Source: Octopus bimaculoides (Eukaryota). From it: a stretch of DNA of 48,064 bases. The DNA lies in NCBI RefSeq assembly GCF_001194135.2, contig NC_068984.1, positions 93,365,009 to 93,413,072 on the forward strand, read 5' to 3'. Each line of letters begins with the position of its first letter. The stretch's first letter is position 1. A model generated the notes under the pieces. That model saw nothing but the letters and a program-made list of their open reading frames with translations, ran no database searches and was not told the DNA's origin. The translations under genes and the position numbers were made by a program. Positions 45,495-48,064 of this stretch are shown piece after piece.

Positions 45495-48064
45495 TATCGT
45501 CGTCGGCTGCAGCTCGTGTCCGAGCATTGAATTCGTCAGTTTCTAATCAGTCTCTTCGGCTGATGTTTATGCCGAATACGATTTTGGAGTCCTGCGATTT
45601 TACCTCCTCATTCAGTTGTCTGTTCTGCTCGAAAGAGCTAGCTCCATTGCTGATACCAGTTCTCCAGGCGATCCTATATATGGTAATCTGTTCCCATGAG
45701 GATGACATGATGTTAGTTTGAGTCAGGGTCAGTTTGAGCTGGTCTTTGAAACGGAATTTCGGATCTCCTCTGGGTCTGGTTCCGATGACAAGTTCTCCGT
45801 AGAACATGATCCTCATGCAGCAGAAGTGATTTTCACTGTCATTATGTGAGATGTTTTCATTTTGACTCATCTAGATTTAAATACCCGTAAAACGGCTCTT
45901 TTCGTTCCAGTAGTCACATGACTTCGTGATTAAACGAACCTTCCAGCTGTCCAATTGCGTTGGCGCATCAGTTTATTTTTCCTTACGCAGGAAATTAATC
46001 ATCAGCTCTGGGAGCCTCCTGTTCCCTATAAGTACGGCATTTTTCGACTGTTCTAGGTCTTTGGCACGCTACTGACCACACGCATCACATCTCCAGCAAC
46101 GATGTCCTGACACCAGCCAGTCTCCACTCTCATCATCTCCACCAGATGCCTGTCTGCGTCATTGCTGTATGAAAACCACACGACCAACAGATCAAACACC
46201 TGCCTCTACACACCGCCAACAGTACGTCAACTATGTCTACATCAACAATCCAGCCTAACCATGAAGTTCTCTCACACATCTTTGTAATAACCTGTTATAT
46301 TACTTTATTTCATGTATGGCAATCATTGTATTTTATAACAGAGAATAAATTGTCGTTTATTAATTCATTTCATCTCAAGTTATATCTTATTTCCACATTT
46401 CCTTCACTCACCACTGTTATACTCGGAAGACGAGAGGGCTCCATACGCTGGACGTAACCTGCTCAGCGGAAAATGATGGGGAAGAATGGTGGCTTTGACG
46501 CTTGGTAGTGAGGCGCAGCGAAGAACATCGTTGTTGGTAATGTGATCTTTCAATCGTACATTGAGGATCTGTCGTAGCTTGGATTGCTGGAAGTATTCAA
46601 GGCGCTTGAAGTCACGTCGGTACNNNNNNNNNNNNNNNNNNNNNNNNNNNNNNNNNNNNNNNNNNNNNNNNNNNNNNNNNNNNNNNNNNNNNNNNNNNNN
46701 NNNNNNNNNNNNNNNNNNNNNNNNNNNNNNNNNNNNNNNNNNNNNNNNNNNNNNNNNNNNNNNNNNNNNNNNNNNNNNNNNNNNNNNNNNNNNNNNNNNN
46801 NNNNNNNNNNNNNNNNNNNNNNNNNNNNNNNNNNNNNNNNNNNNNNNNNNNNNNNNNNNNNNNNNNNNNNNNNNNNNNNNNNNNNNNNNNNNNNNNNNNN
46901 NNNNNNNNNATGTTCGTAGGTGAACTGTTCAGGCCTGGCGCAGGTTGGATCAGGGACTTGGCCTTTAATGTTTACCTGCATCCCGAAGCGTTCATAAGCT
47001 GCGTTGTAAAGATCGGCTGCCCTTCGTAGGCCGTCTGCGGTCCGGCTCGGGATGGCATTATTGTCGACATACTGTATCTCACGGACTGAGATGACGGATG
47101 TCCTCGTCTTTGCGCGGAGATGAGCGAGATTGAAGAGTCCAAGCGATAGCGCATGTTGATGGAAGGTGAGTCTAGTGGGATTTCGTTGAACATGGCGGCC
47201 ATGTACAAAAAGAAGCGGGTTGGTGCCAGGACGCATCCTTGCTGAAACCCCCAGTGATGGGAAACGGGTCTGTGAGGGCATTTTGATGACATACCCTACC
47301 CACCATGCCATCGTGAAGAGTGGACCAGAGCAATGAAGTCCTCCGGACATCCAAATCGAGCAAGGACGGCACACATTGCAGGACGGGGGACCTTGTCAAA
47401 GGCTTTCTTTTTAAGATCCCAGAAGATGAATATTGCAGGCTGTTGTTGTTCTTGACACTTTTGGAATTGACGGGCACAAAAGATCATCATGTCAGTTGTG
47501 CCTCGAGAGGGTCGAAAGCTACACTGGGACTCGGAGAGGATGTCTTCCGCAAGGATGAGGAGGCGATTGAGTAGGATACGGGCGAAGATCTTACTTGCAA
47601 TACTCAGGAGTGATAGGCCTCAATAGTTGTTGCAGGCCTTTCCGTCTTCCTTCTTGTAGATGGTGGTGATAGTTGCATCGCGGAAGTCATTCAGGAGGGT
47701 CTTGTTTTCCCAGATCTTGAGGATAAGGAGCACCAGATGATTTCTCATCTCAGGACCTCCGTGCGTGAAAAACTCAAACGGGATGTTGTCTGGTCCTGGA
47801 GCTTTGCCTGGCTTCATGCGCTCGAATGCCTTGTTGAACTCATGGGGCGAGGACGGCAGGGAATCCAATGGCGGATGGGGAGCTGTGGGATGTTTTGGAG
47901 GAGATCGTCAGGAGTGTGTGTGTGGTCTTTAAATAGGCTCTCGAAATGAGACTTCCAGCGATCGATGGGTATCGGTTATCGTAGAGCCAGCTGCTTTCTT
48001 CAGGTCACCCGCTGAAGAGCTTGTGGAGTCGAAGATCTTGGTTGCGGCATAAAAGCGACGCAAG
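45495..48064 (-). mobile_element. RTE-clade LINE (RT plus C-terminus), degraded, interrupted by a solo LTR; runs off the window end
   Basis: KPGKAPGPDNIP, DATITTIYKK, DLKKAFDKV, G.QQGCVLAPT.F, QYVDN (from YADD), RMEPSRLP|RIMFYGEL, PKFRFKDQLK; tail (gac)n on the minus strand at ~45497-45505. Confidence 0.9.
45816..46421 (+). mobile_element. Solo LTR (606 bp) with a 4-bp TSD, inserted in the RTE coding sequence
   Basis: Ends tgcagcag...ctgttata (TG...CA with the last CA read as TA); TSD ctca (45812-45815) / ctcg (46422-46425). Removing the insert and one TSD restores RTE R-L-P-R-I-M-F. TATAAGTA at 46027 and AATAAA at 46344 on +. Confidence 0.75.

Noticed and set aside
45547-45870. 107-aa minus-strand ORF as a gene
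   Set aside because: It is chimeric: the start lies in the solo LTR and the rest is the RTE C-terminus.

Overview
This is eukaryotic (metazoan) draft-assembly DNA: AT-rich, with many N gaps and microsatellites, and almost entirely transposon-derived. The repeat families resemble those I associate with octopus/coleoid cephalopods; this is an inference from memory, not a search result. The only host-gene sequence I can support is one 181-nt + strand exon (27755-27935) encoding an srGAP-type SH3 domain. The ORF track misses it, and the rest of the window is probably intron. Contents in order: (1) a Tx1/L1-clade cluster at 1-8283, made of one ORF2 copy followed by three ORF1-only elements, two of which share its 3' terminus; (2) tRNA-derived SINEs; (3) several long foldback/MITE palindromes, one with a piggyBac nested in its arm; (4) two CRE-clade restriction-like-endonuclease retrotransposons; (5) three mariner remnants and a hAT/Buster remnant; (6) a CR1-like LINE whose 3' end matches the tail of the commonest SINE; (7) Penelope-like fragments; (8) RTE LINEs, one interrupted by a solo LTR with a 4-bp TSD. 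I found no CRISPR array, rRNA, true tRNA or prokaryotic-type system. Most long ORFs in the track are artefacts of N gaps or microsatellites. All identities and alignments were judged by eye.
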